Assembly (NCBI GenBank): GCA_018221205.1
Contig: JAAOYF010000046.1
Span: forward strand, 1,999 to 65,998
Reading direction: 5' to 3'
Length of the DNA: 64,000 nt
DNA from: Candidatus Woesearchaeota archaeon
Lineage (GTDB): Archaea; Nanobdellota; Nanobdellia; Woesearchaeales; WJIZ01
Below the pieces are notes generated by a model, which made no database searches, was not told the DNA's origin, and saw only the letters and a list, made by a program, of their open reading frames with translations. The position numbers and the translations under genes were made by a program. How positions within the stretch are numbered: position 1 is the first letter of the stretch; the number at the start of each line of letters is the position of its first letter. Positions 33,201 to 34,663 of this stretch are shown piece after piece.

Positions 33201-33725
33201 GGACTGGATACATTCTATAATTGGACTGTAAGAGCATATGACGGCTATAATTATTCTTCATGGGCAGGGCAGTTCAACTTCACTATCGCCAGCCTGATCA
33301 GCTTGACCTTAAGCTGTACAGGCTGCAATAATGTTGTTGAGTTCGGCACTGTCTATCATGGTCTTCCATATAACACAACGACCAACAGCCCATCTCCTTT
33401 GATCCTTGAGAATGACGGCAATGTGCTTGCTGATATCAGCATAAACGCCTCTACTGGATTATGGACACAACAAACCCTCAATACCATCTACTTCCAATTC
33501 AAAGCCGGCAATAGTTCTGAAACCAACTCATTCAACTGGACCAATAGCACGACAGCCTGGGCCAATATGAAGGCTAATTTCACTGATGTCATAGGCCAAC
33601 TGAACTTCACCAATGCTTCTGATAGGGCTGAGATTGAACTATTGGTAAGAGTGCCAAGTGATGAGCCTGCGGGCAATAAAGAATCTGATCTGACCATAGA
33701 GGCGAGATACTTTGCGAATGACTAA
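6222..33725 (+). CDS. Giant-1, a 9167-aa surface protein with an N-terminal signal anchor. From N to C it carries a conserved domain shared with giant-3, SBBP propeller repeats, about 10 LamG_3 domains, three DUF2341-LamG pairs, FG-GAP/VCBS propellers, CARDB and many Ig/FN3-like domains. It has no C-terminal anchor
   Basis: A 27.5-kb ORF with no internal stops. The start is a GTG at 6222 that overlaps the upstream regulator by 16 nt, and an alternative ATG lies at 6267. There is a hydrophobic helix at aa ~96-118. Extracellular-type repeats are saturated with N-x-S/T sequons, and domain motifs are readable by eye (see sub-features). Confidence 0.85.
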   Translation: MDREIVKRIVQESKEMHECSRSKVKLSSNLFANYAKKKKGKISEEEYVGYLKKKHNGRTLDEWITEAHKHGEETNKVFHQDFNSLVSSLSSPRFTMAAIILLAIFFLQFFTPGIIGFVTLEEANVTIEQEFTANATFVLDVKNIRYLGLQGYASNDFSGRVYLDDGVQRYVLLDYLSKELRQTVPDATIDFELVKIDISDEVKGIEVQADFDDDSLACTIYTIESDSATNLCYGYSGCCAFMNVPQTEEQWDEPLYVNKGKFGAGDRNLVKAQVVWANYSLDPENAYFDLEYSDIIGVPVNVYSQLRFVDECGGACLIQSANQDHTLVVEVHSGSLYLSNYSFKVVDKPNSPPVFTPVPNITISPPRPFILDLREYLSDTDGDTLKLSYFDSPGLIIDFVGMNAVIRVDDNFTGRTFTFFTANDSELIAISNIIEISLSKNATVIETPKKDIFVSGQVEIGKPVTWSRRVDVADIFGEFRVNISGEAYNVTVKKVFNETFEEVSGANLEVVEDTLRRNIARFKEDVADRRVAKAFERQRGIFRDEPIDDVELVVMDLSPEIEISFETDGPEVVEEIISESVKRVTISSTVHYTDILSYADIKDSPQSRIKLYWLVNGSRQIVSDVTYEDRNNNSLIDRIYWTVPSLSSQTYEIILITKADHLDANRSFIADIYEYVKEKDGNWSYGINDSQYVRVTFEQALDNSKDITLYARSLGSSSVEVYTENNDTLITSFTDISSEDWYKVFLTELEGSHDVFDLRVVGDSVEFDYIVDPVGQENVSQWNKTFDGTGGSDMANSIAIDSNDNIYVVGDGTNIVSSTSEGDWWIKKFNSSGSEDTTNWNKSIDGVTGKDSPTFVALDSQDNVYVVGYGTNLSSSSSNWDWWIKKFNSSGSEDTTNWNKTFDGAGKADQARIVVIDSNDNMYVGGSGFNITESNQKDWWIKKFNSSGSEDTTNWNKSFESSAATDYLQSLAIDSNNNLYAGGQFSLDLLIKKFNSSGSEDAVNWNKSIVAATGSAFYGLFTDSNDNVYAGMSSNVVGVQSEDDWWIKKFNSSGSEDVVNWNKSFDEGTAWAYDYLNFIAVDANDNVFAVGDIDTGAAGYNDWWIKKFNSSGSEDAVNWNKTFNAGTNKYDSATGVAFDSLNNVYVSGYGQNVISGTSSYDWWIKKFEGHPILDTSAPTILFVNKTEANGSTITVNYAEINVSITELNLDAFTWNWNGTNYTMYDDSLVLMLNFDNVSALGESNTYVIDASKQNNNGLVYGNAYPNSSGKYRGSFEFGGSSSDFINFSSNSSLDDLNNGGLTFSAWLYFRSSGGLDVIFSKDAWTSGLMTFYISDGGARTLRFIKDSPDPDVRADWSGIIDLDEWDHYVLTWNGSNISSSISLYKNGAEIAPSSEQNGSVQTWSDAETDFLLGRQFDGFMDDIMLFNTSLSASKAKQLYYSSLQKYDANKWGFYSNQSSLADGTYTYQAYVNDSFGKANATELRTLYVEAEAPSIKFVNLTVANGTVHIKPHIEANVSIIADDFSDFIWNWNGTNYTFYDDSLSLMLNFDNVSALGENDSLVVDTSPYGKNGTAYGNATPNVTGRFGRAFSFDGDGDYVSMGTSSVYNFTNASNITILVWVYAYSLPSYGEIINKGNTEPGSTRQNYAIQSQDQNISFFYRDSANTAWVEYVTDASVLSTGSWHHIAITYKFGTGSSAKIYVNGAETSATWSGGTGNEDPMQNDEELWIGAVDNGGDDVIDEEWTGRIDGVRMYNRSLSSSEVQQHYFSNLRKYDTDKWSFYSNQTNLTLGTYTFQAYANDTYDNPNATELRTVEYRVNPYYGKFSLPPTTHFNVSADLSNICNATLAINAIGMIEWNNCVDARIANFDTYVNLSFNKVSVDPVNLDSSFNSSANITLFYVNLTNPIIQKDGAYCPSCIILNNDGNNITFNASSFSSYSATERTNLSIWDLSDSQTSYANFTQFYANYTNASGTIITTGYCEFRHNKTGRWAALGNMSLGPGLYNWTGDCGYTAGRSCMPVGNYSFNVSCFDPSGSNDNLSSVDNIVVTDYSTSLAIENGSSSYSTARSAYFYANYTTSHQFSQGYGAEIGRVMLNVSGLTQVSTVDFFDCQNTGKRDCMVISYPFGNVTVFYANGSQYWSYLVTGGQTDGVGNGIAIGDLDSDGYFNDIAAPTTDGPNFIVLNETGDLVFQSSFGEIAQNAQVIGIGDLDGDGIDNDIVVNAGSEEFDGFAAFNTSDGKTWNNKWNYTEGGGSSSAGRTILMYDFAGTAHDEVVANWFLGSCCEADNKVVYGNNGSLFFNLSGFQVQATSLLTIDVDHDGKMELLQSGYNEFNVWLANSTELWDKSFSGYSYDAQVVDQDSEGWDDDIILPRRVYQQSALFFEAYDNSSNLVWSVQLSDTTDDLYSIAVSDIDGDGIEEILMGSNQGWLYMFNLSGNMSWSENASLGTIGSKNDPSPGIDPGDITGDGLPDFLVGFGDGIFKVYQDVGCTIEYNDSTADMTWNETLNKWQASRVFSSTGTWEYNITCSKGGYTNQIISSTISIRDEAAIINENNTQPLIPNYNQNVSIYANVTDATDDISWVNFTLQNPSGTNVISYENGTQTGDIWNSSSYIVDEIGTWLWWINASSSDGTKANSSGSFTIPDVNLTFYSNETNTTAFSFLNGTFTNISYSTSNKAISLIPGRNKGNYLSDVFNASTNATWVNISWVSNNLEINPKEPLVKDMVLLMHLNNDSGFGENNSYVKDFSSYGNDGTCSNCPKFVGTGYFQKAAQFNDSSSNQLNIQNDDSISFASGETIAISFWVNKTKEQANQAVLAKVGNNNNDYFNYYIGVKSSTGAFRFQYHNTSGDINSWNGSSGAMAMSLNKWVHFVMVYTYGDGPSFQLFRNGINVTSQGGWTYGDGSGAPSTNTNTLKIGRAGNWWGHMNHAKIDELVMWNRTLSKEEIYQLYYRGAQRLNLSIRSCDDSACSGESWTAIDDYSSQSIGIADNYYFQYNASFNTTNITYSPKLYNITINYYSDQIQPGITLIYPQNDSSLNTSSINFNWTTADNYHSTLTCNLTINSAVNISNIIAGTSTYTNYTVNGFAEGTYLWNVTCIDGSRNSNTSLTYNFTYTPPPDYFPGYWNNATNSPDKIHQNVYFWFNWSDDNGLSHYIFSWNGTNGTWMNDTSVVFTGLVNQSNTSKLINLSGGNTIGWRYYANDTSNQFNFTPIYTFIVSNTTNLTITDLSDTQTVYANFTQFYANYSHDDISISSNAYCEFRHNKTGVWKTLGNMSYDSGSGLYNWTGDCGYLAGHSCMPVGNYSFNVSCFDLSGGYDNLSKVDSVVVTDYPTSLILENGSDSYNLLSVAYFYANYTRDNGFGVNAPPGQEIGRVFWRSNDYEKNAGGGVIAALDLDEDGKKNDIAAAMSRTFAKDGLLVAFYSNTTEAWNYTSGINIDDLKTTDLDGDGYATNLLFNTYLDNFFVFNSTGMQYWNASLEESVSISSVGDVDGDGNNDILVWRRNNHSAYNKSGDLIWIKNHTAGTVAREIAFGDLDNDGKSDEFAVAWGIASMIVFNESGDEVWKKNTGGSGFSVAWGDFDGDGYKDDIARGDNYGALRFYNASGDAIDVVTGNRPYELIVVDYDSDAIDDIIAGVQYGNVTLYNGTLDAQWVFDTAQDVYHVLAEDVDGDGIQEVIVGDATGIVHLLSFNGSHRWSQGTIESGMGTSDEAMAVLDFNNDGLLDIGTVSYYGFINVYQDVSCVMAFNDSSKYNMTWNNSLNKWQANRTFSSSATYDYNITCSKGGYTQQLGTSQIKIGSIPVINKNYTIPTMPFYGQNVTIQANVTDDNNNIRSVNFSLVGPSGIWYINYTNGTNFNNDMWNSSLFELGESGTWSWYINVTDDDGYITSSYGSFVVSENPPNVTLLYPLNINVSHTRIIGFVYNVSSPIDISSCSLYIHNILNDTDSSVTENINQTFIKTLNNGIYNWTVGCIDNTDQAVNATFGFFNISADVLVSENLNPSSIFENTPTNISVSGHINLSNGENVSNANILIYFNSSLISVATGQTYTDWMNYSYHYRTLINVSQAASADLNNTLYLLNISTDRFIAAGRMNSNCSDVRFTDVNGANLSFVLVYGTCNTTNTHFFVWSNLTGNANTSLYMYYNNPGASYASLSNPDPTLKAWYLFDNESTYGENNTHIFDFSGYGNNASCSSTCPGYNSSAQFGGTFNFAGFDTYFNASHSEALDINGSALTITAWLYLRQTGADDAIIAKAWETGVSAGSIYQYAVEWDSSPNGIDFFIGRPGGAGLTEVTTTSAPWADKWLHFAGTYNGTHMAIYVNGILNATTAYTEGIVNRTTPLIIGGDYQGEQNFDGMIDDLRLYNRTLSADEIYSFFADKTLYYVSNNSYTATDSDGNYNYTFAVNAGAGSYPVTVNLTYRGMIGNNTQYLTVSENSINLTESLNPSSIDADTMTNVFISGQVNWTNRTAVTNTPIEIWFNGSAYFYNESGLLGNESTWWDTDWKYRVKIAYELNVTSSLTDTIILVNASTASYISSGKMNSDCSDARFADSLGRKLPATVETSTCNSAGTIFWAWANLSASTNTTMYMYFGNSGASLDTSYTVPDSDLLVYYHFDNSSAYGENDSIVYDFSRNGRNGTYYGNAFSNSTGYYGGMLQMDGVGDYVNTTDISWAQTDSFTMMLWFYKYSATNGVLIGKHHTASPFEFSFYTGTNSVDFAAWSSPGDTSLAFNGQVNIFANTWYHVAVTYNGSVGKMYVNGMNRSNDTSDKTIGDGTLNLQVGSGYHPTTAGVAYLNGSVDEVRIYNRSLSHDEIKAIYNATKGYFLGNQSLTVTDSLGKYNYTLAVNKFAGTYPVKVNMTSNGKVGNNTQYLTASYVTTVTLNSPENDYVAQDSITFNCSAVNLGGLNNITLYWNYSGNFVSNGTVNISSTANGTTFTRQLPNPRENVLWNCLAYGTQSNSFASANRTFNARTITVTETLSPSSFNELTSTDVSITGNMNWSNNTPVNNMPIEIWFNGSRYWYNESGVLGNESEWLNDSWKYRLKVNIDSVTTTDLNDTLVLVNVTTLDYIAQGKMQDDCSDARFGDSYGNELGFSVETSTCNTSLTHFWVWTNLTGSVNTSIYLYFGNVDAGFDLDYTNPDDRLLIYYHFDNSSAYGENDALVYDFSRHGNNGTIGRGDEFINTSGRFGGAMQLDGDLDYVNTTDLSWKTNESFSMLAWFKAFDNTAGVIFGKPTFEYSLYTEADGSIIFIYWKSSGLEAITLAEYNAGIVPYRWYMAAVTYNGSEGRLYINGTLRQTDNAVTGTLENKANNLLIGSGYHGALGSTGNFIGLIDEVRVYNRSLSEDEVMAIYNATRRYYLGNQSLTMTDSIGNYDYTLTVNMPAGTYPVKVNVSSGSVVGNNTKYLTLTSIPTNLSISDLSDSQTVYVNYTTFSANYSYNSAAIIDGYCEFRHNATVSWSSGRNMTYSPVTKKYEIIADGKYDSMMESQERWILTPNHTVNLLAGDYSYNISCFSDYDNISKVDALSISDYSTTMILNKSSSNVTVNAQVSIYANYSGPWNEIGRQIWNFSIGTNALAIEAADIDNDGLMEVVVGGNTGKITLYNHTGGQVLPLTGIGDGSVSDIEIMDLDGDGIKEIIYGTNANITIVNASFDILANAYIGGTVNTIEIGNFINSSFIGIAVGTQSGTDELRIFNYSNGDITSLWNFNYDDAIYYAVIDLADINNDGIMEIIAGSTGSNLTAFLGNGTVLWNIDTGNSVNSVEAADINNDGKVEIVVGKHDETVLIYNSSGDQIDIVTNAGNNYPYDLEINDLDNDGKIEIIYGDSAGVLNIFNSTLDSQDSYSNGIGINEIIIADINHDGVKEIITGHSVGTNETRVFNYTNGTLSTLWTYDFGNTIYQHDIAVADINNDGIYDMVVGSWNTIVRAFQDVQCNIDFGSGYIPMEWDPNENRWEYNRSFVSSGTKHYNVSCSKNAYEAQTFRSNVSVAQTAEYNLTTVTTANIFSNETLSVDINVTNDGELGGQINVTCYLDNAFFDSYLTTITTGSYNYSTCTKSITNEGGTNHSIRVAIDPLDQIVEFVETNNNQTLSINITQLTGFNISSTTPYVDKQVTFFFNYTRDNDNSNLGPALAARWTASTGTGNLLFSVAIGDPNNDSLMEVVVGDADRDVFLYNFSGSQIDSTSFGSTNDVKGIAIEDLDNDGKDEIIYGDDGSGPLLRVINETLDVLATTSGPQVWNIQIGDINNDSIKEIIASGSGTNDTNVYNYTGSSLTHLWGWEYGGIVLYHAVDLKDITDDGVLDIIVGSLGSNLTAFYGNGTIIWNVDTGLGIYSVEAGDIDGDDDIEIVIGDDAGDVTVYNSTGGVEVSTTSLDAGDVQDIEISDLDNDGTNEIIVSSLSELYILNSSLDTLTSVPTSSIFYSIHIADVTGDSLKDIIVGMSSTTNETRAYTYYQGSLTNIWNYDFGGEVPYKGIALADVDNDSLSDIAAASKGAGTNVILTKLENCDIWFNDTNVWKPMGYNFTTLEYNFNRTFSQSTTYAYNISCTRNSTAPLLFFEAQTYSSTFDVLETPINLSISDLSDSQTTYANFTQFYANYSYDGLPISSNAYCEFRHNKTGIWKSLGNMTYNGGSKLYNWTGDCGYLAGHSCMPVGNYSFNVSCFDLSGSYDNLSAVDSVVVTDYATTLALENGSDSYSTTDVAYFYANFTTSHQFSQGYGAEIGRVMYNRTTLSNVGTVDFFDCQNKGINDCMVTTYPNGNITVYYADGSRYWSYLYAGSQTDGVGSNIAIGDLDGDGYFNDIAAPTTDGPNIFVLNETGALVFESSFGETTYLDAVVGIGDLDGDGLKNDIVNNHGGGQFDGFSAFNTSDGKTWNSKWNYSEGGASSSVARTILLYDFAGTGHDEVVANWFLGSCCEPDNKVVYGNNGSLFFNLSGDQVHGASLLTIDVNHDGVMELIQVGYNDLRVFRANSTQLWSASFSGHSFDAQIVDYDIDGWTDDIITSRRPYNQDPLYLEMYDNSSNNVWSVLLSDTRDDIYSLSAADIDGDGVDEIFAGSNQGWLYMFNVSGNMSWSQNVSLGSIGTDNGQMPGIDVHDITGDGLLDFLVGFDDGAFKVYQDGGCSIEYNDSTVDMTWNETLNTWQTSRTFAGSGTWNYNISCSKGGYTTQTVVSNIEVGAKPVFNINYTIPIPPVFLQEVTIHANVTDPDNNLHSVNFTLQSPSGFNYINNVNGTNFNNDLWNSSGFTLNESGTWIWTINATDTDGFTAASMGSFHVADYNVTFFINETQTLGFGFINGSTYNVTYNQTFYGYTLDSGTGHFSSFIFNASPNASWVNISWVSNNLEINPEEPLAEDLVLLLHFNNDSRYGENSTYVRDFSPYGWNATCTSVCPDNQTNAGKFQGAWNYAADTGFFITDPGTSSLDFANSSIITISAWFNFSGNDNVLVTKGDASSINANYKIDIDTSGTDVDFTYIDENSQTHSWLGASGSMVQFNIYHLVFSYTFGDNESVKVYVNGVNYTGSWTTGNGSSSPSTMNDPLTIGYADFTSGYFNGWIDELAIWNRSLSEIEIHDLYYRGTQRLNISARSCDDSSCSGESWTEITDYTPQDFSLADNPYFQYNVSFSTTNISYKPKLYNVTIGYYQDLTQPSVILNYPTNGLGISSSSVNFNWTATDNVHTNLLCNLTINGKVNVTANATSGVHENYQVNNLADGSYDWNVTCKDGSQNANTSLTYSFTIDTTATSISFADPTPLNATFVNEDYAIINVSITEADLDKLVFNWNGTNFTIYNDSLVLMYNLDNVSALGENDTHVVDMSGHGYNGTSLVNNSDGSFRGPNATGRYGSAYEFDGIDDYINLGAVDVFEDLSQLSTCLWFKTAHTGTSRDIFTQQVDTVWIQTGLSGTVFATRVATSSWVNGNKIVNDGLWHHGCITYNGSDVFLYVDGAQDANVSDANSATVTTGDSVYVGGTATYFNGTIDEIIVWNTTLGSAEINQLYFTNLRKYDSNKWILYINQSYNSSLGLDEGSYTYQAFASDSTGNGANTDQRDLEVDLTNPGIEFVFPTAANNSVINQSAIYINLSTSDDNEHYSFVDMDSSLVGWWRFDNISGGQVIDESGYGGHGTIVDAIPSVSGRYGESMKFDDDLDYVNMTYNEAWNVKNDELTISFWLQWDGTGVDGRAVSKTEINGTESYGLYPINSVGSEVRFRIRTGGTTTGLMCDYNAVADSGWHHWIGRYNGTHMAVFIDTQNCGTPIAKTGTLDYGTSANATLLFGANKNLYGGGVRNLTSATLDEVMIFNRSLSYEEIQSLYNATLYQFQKNFTDLSDGEHTFTGYVVDRAGNRNETEQRNYTVLGVNYNLTYYKNETATTVKGFRDATLVNVSYSLGDKAVTLDNGVGYYLSNVFNASSNVSWVNVSLENNLGELDINAPYTSTYGLIGLWHFNNDSRYENDSFIYDFSGTGTNGTCTNCPTLTSDAKYGNAYDFDGADDLWTMSSPSHVDDLDQKGGMSACWWMNIEEDASQAGVLGKTLAASNGYWTVQIASASNNRLLFEKDLPGDNTAKSWDQAYSIGIWEHFCLTWNGGAHRFNATEGIHLYRNGTLLPYLAATNGSGTDRSDASLDFEIGRSQFVLNGTIDEVMLFNRSISANEVQEIYEGGLRKLNLSIRSCDDSACSGESWTQVDNYSFQSLGGVNNTYFQYNVSFTTTNMSFKPRLYNATVHYYSDRGPPSIDLHEPTPAASFSINDIEFNWTATDNVHATLTCDIIINGTVNVSGISSTSGMYTNYSIYNFADGYYHWNVSCAEISLNSNTSLTRNFTVDTSGNPPAWDNVTSDVPGKINEQKYFFANWTDDIGLSVYVFSWNGTTGTWANDSSVAMTTTRNESNITKIINLTRGNVIGWRIYAQDVGGQWNWTNLNTFTVENTPPTAVNLSLPVNMSTIYDRRPFFNWSPTHDADNDSITYTIVIDEWDDCSGNGLECITSTITDTTSATNYTPSPYLGLDTFYNWTVRAYDGYNYSSWAGQFNFTIASLISLTLSCTGCNNVVEFGTVYHGLPYNTTTNSPSPLILENDGNVLADISINASTGLWTQQTLNTIYFQFKAGNSSETNSFNWTNSTTAWANMKANFTDVIGQLNFTNASDRAEIELLVRVPSDEPAGNKESDLTIEARYFAND
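6507..6575 (+). other. Giant-1 N-terminal TM/signal-anchor helix (MAAIILLAIFFLQFFTPGIIGFV), followed by the conserved post-TM motif
   Basis: A ~22-residue hydrophobic stretch preceded by a Lys-rich, sequon-free, presumably cytoplasmic, ~95 aa. Giant-3 (LLGAMFLQPDITGLFTF) and the 46948 ORF (LFLNSDITGQITF) share the post-TM motif. Confidence 0.6.
6780..8200 (+). other. N-terminal domain block of giant-1, homologous to giant-3 residues encoded at ~50700-52280
   Basis: Collinear matches include CCAFMNVPQTEEQWDEPLYVNKGKFG...YSLDPENAYFD vs CCALLETLPENDEWDEPLFLSYGKHG...YNLDPENAYSE, NSPPVFTPVPNI..DGDTLKLSY vs NAPPLVRALPNI..ENDSLSYAI, and EIEISFETDGPEVVEEI...LIDRIYWTVPSLSSQTYEI vs EIEIEYYTEAPELIEEE...LIDKIEWIVPHLSNQTYEV. 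Confidence 0.7.
8560..9740 (+). repeat. Seven to eight tandem SBBP-type beta-propeller repeats (DWWIKKFNSSGSED..NWNK...DSNDNVYV.G), near-identical at the DNA level with a period of ~170-180 nt
   Basis: tggtggatcaa(a/g)aaattcaa(c/t)tc(c/t)tcaggcagcga(a/g)gat recurs at ~8689, 8866, 9040, 9190, 9350, 9526 and 9705. The protein motif matches the SBBP repeat pattern (D.F..K....G...W....G.....D.g..i..D..GN.YVtG). Confidence 0.65.
9890..11530 (+). other. Two LamG_3 (concanavalin A-like lectin) domains
   Basis: DDSLVLMLNFDNVSALGE...GNAYPNSSGKYRGSFEFGG...LTFSAWLY...DDIMLFNTSLSASKAKQLY and DDSLSLMLNFDNVSALGEN...GRFGRAFSFDGDGDYV...ITILVWVY...GVRMYNRSLSSSEVQQHY carry the LamG_3 hallmarks (LhfDe..G...DsSgngn.gt..Ga....Gk.G.A..FDG..dyv........s.t.s.Wv....dev.iynRaLs..EI..ly). 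Confidence 0.75.
12060..15560 (+). repeat. Copy A of a ~3.5-kb intragenic module: DLSDSQT..CEFRHNKTG..CMPVGNYSFNVSCFD module, FG-GAP propeller, GC(T/S)IEYNDS module, Ig-like, LamG, then SCDDSACSGESW plus an FN3-like domain
   Basis: Collinear with 25940-29430 at about 70-80% amino-acid identity (for example SQGYGAEIGRVMLNVSG...GIAIGDLDSDGYFNDIAAPTTDGPNFIVLNETGDLVFQSSFGE vs ...GIAIGDLDGDGYFNDIAAPTTDGPNIFVLNETGALVFESSFGE). Partial copies lie at 15899-17900, 22459-22900 and 31270-32660. Confidence 0.7.
18355..22275 (+). other. Three consecutive DUF2341 + LamG_3 domain pairs
   Basis: DUF2341-like segments occur at ~18355, ~19700 and ~21307 (W.DTDWKYRVKI...L.D......AS..YIS.GKM..DCSDARF.DS.G..L...VETSTCN......W.W.NLS...NT..YMYFGN). 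Each is followed by a LamG_3 domain (LLVYYHFDNSSAYGEND...DEVRIYNRSLSHDEIKAIY). Confidence 0.6.
22930..25700 (+). other. Two FG-GAP/VCBS-type beta-propellers flanking a CARDB domain (24190-24500)
   Basis: Repeated IDNDGxMEVVVG / DINNDGKVEIVVG / DLDNDGKIEIIYG blades. The CARDB-like segment is AEYNLTTVTTANIFSNETLSVDINVTNDGELGGQINVTCYLDNAFFDS...SIRVAIDPLDQIVEFVETNNNQTLSINI. Confidence 0.6.
25940..29430 (+). repeat. Copy B of the ~3.5-kb intragenic module (see 12060-15560)
   Basis: Same domain order and long stretches of near-identical residues, for example CEFRHNKTGIWKSLGNMTYNGGSKLYNWTGDCGYLAGHSCMPVGNYSFNVSCFDLSG. Confidence 0.7.
29580..32170 (+). other. Three further LamG_3 domains (~29580-30215, ~30500-31145, ~31510-32170)
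   Basis: DSLVLMYNLDNVSALGENDTHVVDMSGHGYNGT...IVWNTTLGSAEINQLY, WWRFDNISGGQVIDESGYGGHGT...VMIFNRSLSYEEIQSLY and GLWHFNNDSRYENDSFIYDFSGTGTNGT...VMLFNRSISANEVQEIY. Confidence 0.65.
32690..33722 (+). other. C-terminal FN3/Ig-like domains of giant-1, with no C-terminal TM segment
   Basis: Beta-sandwich-like repeats (PPTAVNLSLPVNMSTIYDRRPFFNWSPTHDADNDSITYTIVID...YNWTVRAYDGYNYSSW). The protein ends RYFAND with no hydrophobic tail. Confidence 0.5.
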
Positions 33726-33728
33726 ATA

Positions 33729-34142
33729 TCATAAAGAACGGAGCAAGCTTTGCACTATCTCTTTTGTAGAGAGAACTCTTACTAATGATTGTGCTTTCAT
33801 ATCTTTATCATTTGACCAGATAATCGAATTCTTAGCTAGAGCAAGGGCCAGATACGGAGAATCTTTCGGATCTGAGATTATGGCAAGTGCTTTCTTGAGG
33901 AAAGATTTGTACTCAGATAATCTCGCGAATTCAATCTGTTCAGATATCTCCATAAATCTTAACTGGAAGCCATGTTCAGATAATCTAGATTTCAGCAGGC
34001 ATTCTTCTTTATATTTGTTGAATTCAGAGAGAGCAAACTCGGGCGCAGAATATGTTGCCGATAGCACCGAGAAGACATATGACGTCACCGAAGATGGTTT
34101 CATAAGGGAAAAAAGAATATTGTTATCCAAAACGATTTTCAT
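33729..34142 (-). CDS. PIN-domain (VapC-like) ribonuclease toxin
   Basis: MKIVLDNNILFSLM...SDPKDSPYLALALAKNSIIWSNDKD gives the PIN acidic-residue pattern (D5, mid D, C-terminal D.D). It is convergent with and abuts the giant-1 stop, and it is the last gene of a 3-gene minus-strand operon. Confidence 0.7.
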   Translation of the reverse strand: MKIVLDNNILFSLMKPSSVTSYVFSVLSATYSAPEFALSEFNKYKEECLLKSRLSEHGFQLRFMEISEQIEFARLSEYKSFLKKALAIISDPKDSPYLALALAKNSIIWSNDKDMKAQSLVRVLSTKEIVQSLLRSL

Positions 34143-34145
34143 TGT

Positions 34146-34406
34146 TTATCCAAACAGTTCTTTCTTCTCTTTAGGAGAGGGTTTTGACTGCAATCGTTTG
34201 AATCTTCCTTTCTTGGATTTTCTCCCTAATTCTACAGCCCACTTCGTGAATTCTTTCTCTTCTTTGGAATCGAGCCTTTTCAATAATTGCTCTGCTGTTG
34301 CTCTTTTCAACACAGAACTTCTTGCTACTTCAGACCAATTTATCCATGATAATGTTTCCATCCTTGATTTCAATTTATCATCAATAGCGAATGTTATGCT
34401 TGCCAT
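34146..34406 (-). CDS. Ribbon-helix-helix (CopG/VapB-like) antitoxin-type protein
   Basis: MASITFAIDDKLKSRMETLSWINWSEVARSSVLKR fits the RHH beta-strand plus helix-A pattern. The C-terminal half is Lys-rich. Its start sits 1 nt after the stop of the upstream small RHH ORF. Confidence 0.5.
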   Translation of the reverse strand: MASITFAIDDKLKSRMETLSWINWSEVARSSVLKRATAEQLLKRLDSKEEKEFTKWAVELGRKSKKGRFKRLQSKPSPKEKKELFG

Positions 34407-34565
34407 TTATATCACTCCTTTACGTTTTAATTCCTCAAACTTCTCGATTTCAGTTACTTTGCGTACTATCTCTTCTCGGACAACAGCAGCCCAGTTTACA
34501 GCAGGAAACTGCTTCCTTACTTTATGCATCAATTCATCCGGTATATGTACAGTCATTCGTGGCAT
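34407..34565 (-). CDS. Small (52 aa) RHH-type putative antitoxin, absent from the ORF track because it is shorter than 60 aa
   Basis: Reverse-complement translation from ATG 34565-34563 gives MPRMTVHIPDELMHKVRKQFPAVNWAAVVREEIVRKVTEIEKFEELKRKGVI*, with a TAA at 34409-34407. MTVHIPDEL...AVNWAAVVREEI is RHH-like. It is tightly coupled to the two downstream ORFs. Confidence 0.5.
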   Translation of the reverse strand: MPRMTVHIPDELMHKVRKQFPAVNWAAVVREEIVRKVTEIEKFEELKRKGVI

Positions 34566-34663
34566 TTTATATGACCTCCCTTGTTTATATCGGAATAATT
34601 CCGATTCTGTTCATACAAGTAATTACTTTAGTACAAGTAATTACTTGAGTATATATAAATCTT

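Noticed and set aside
6222-33725. Diversity-generating retroelement targeting the LamG/C-terminal domains
   Set aside because: No reverse transcriptase, Avd or template/variable repeat pair with A-specific mismatches was found near any giant gene 3' end. The internal repeats are large protein-coding duplications, not TR/VR pairs.
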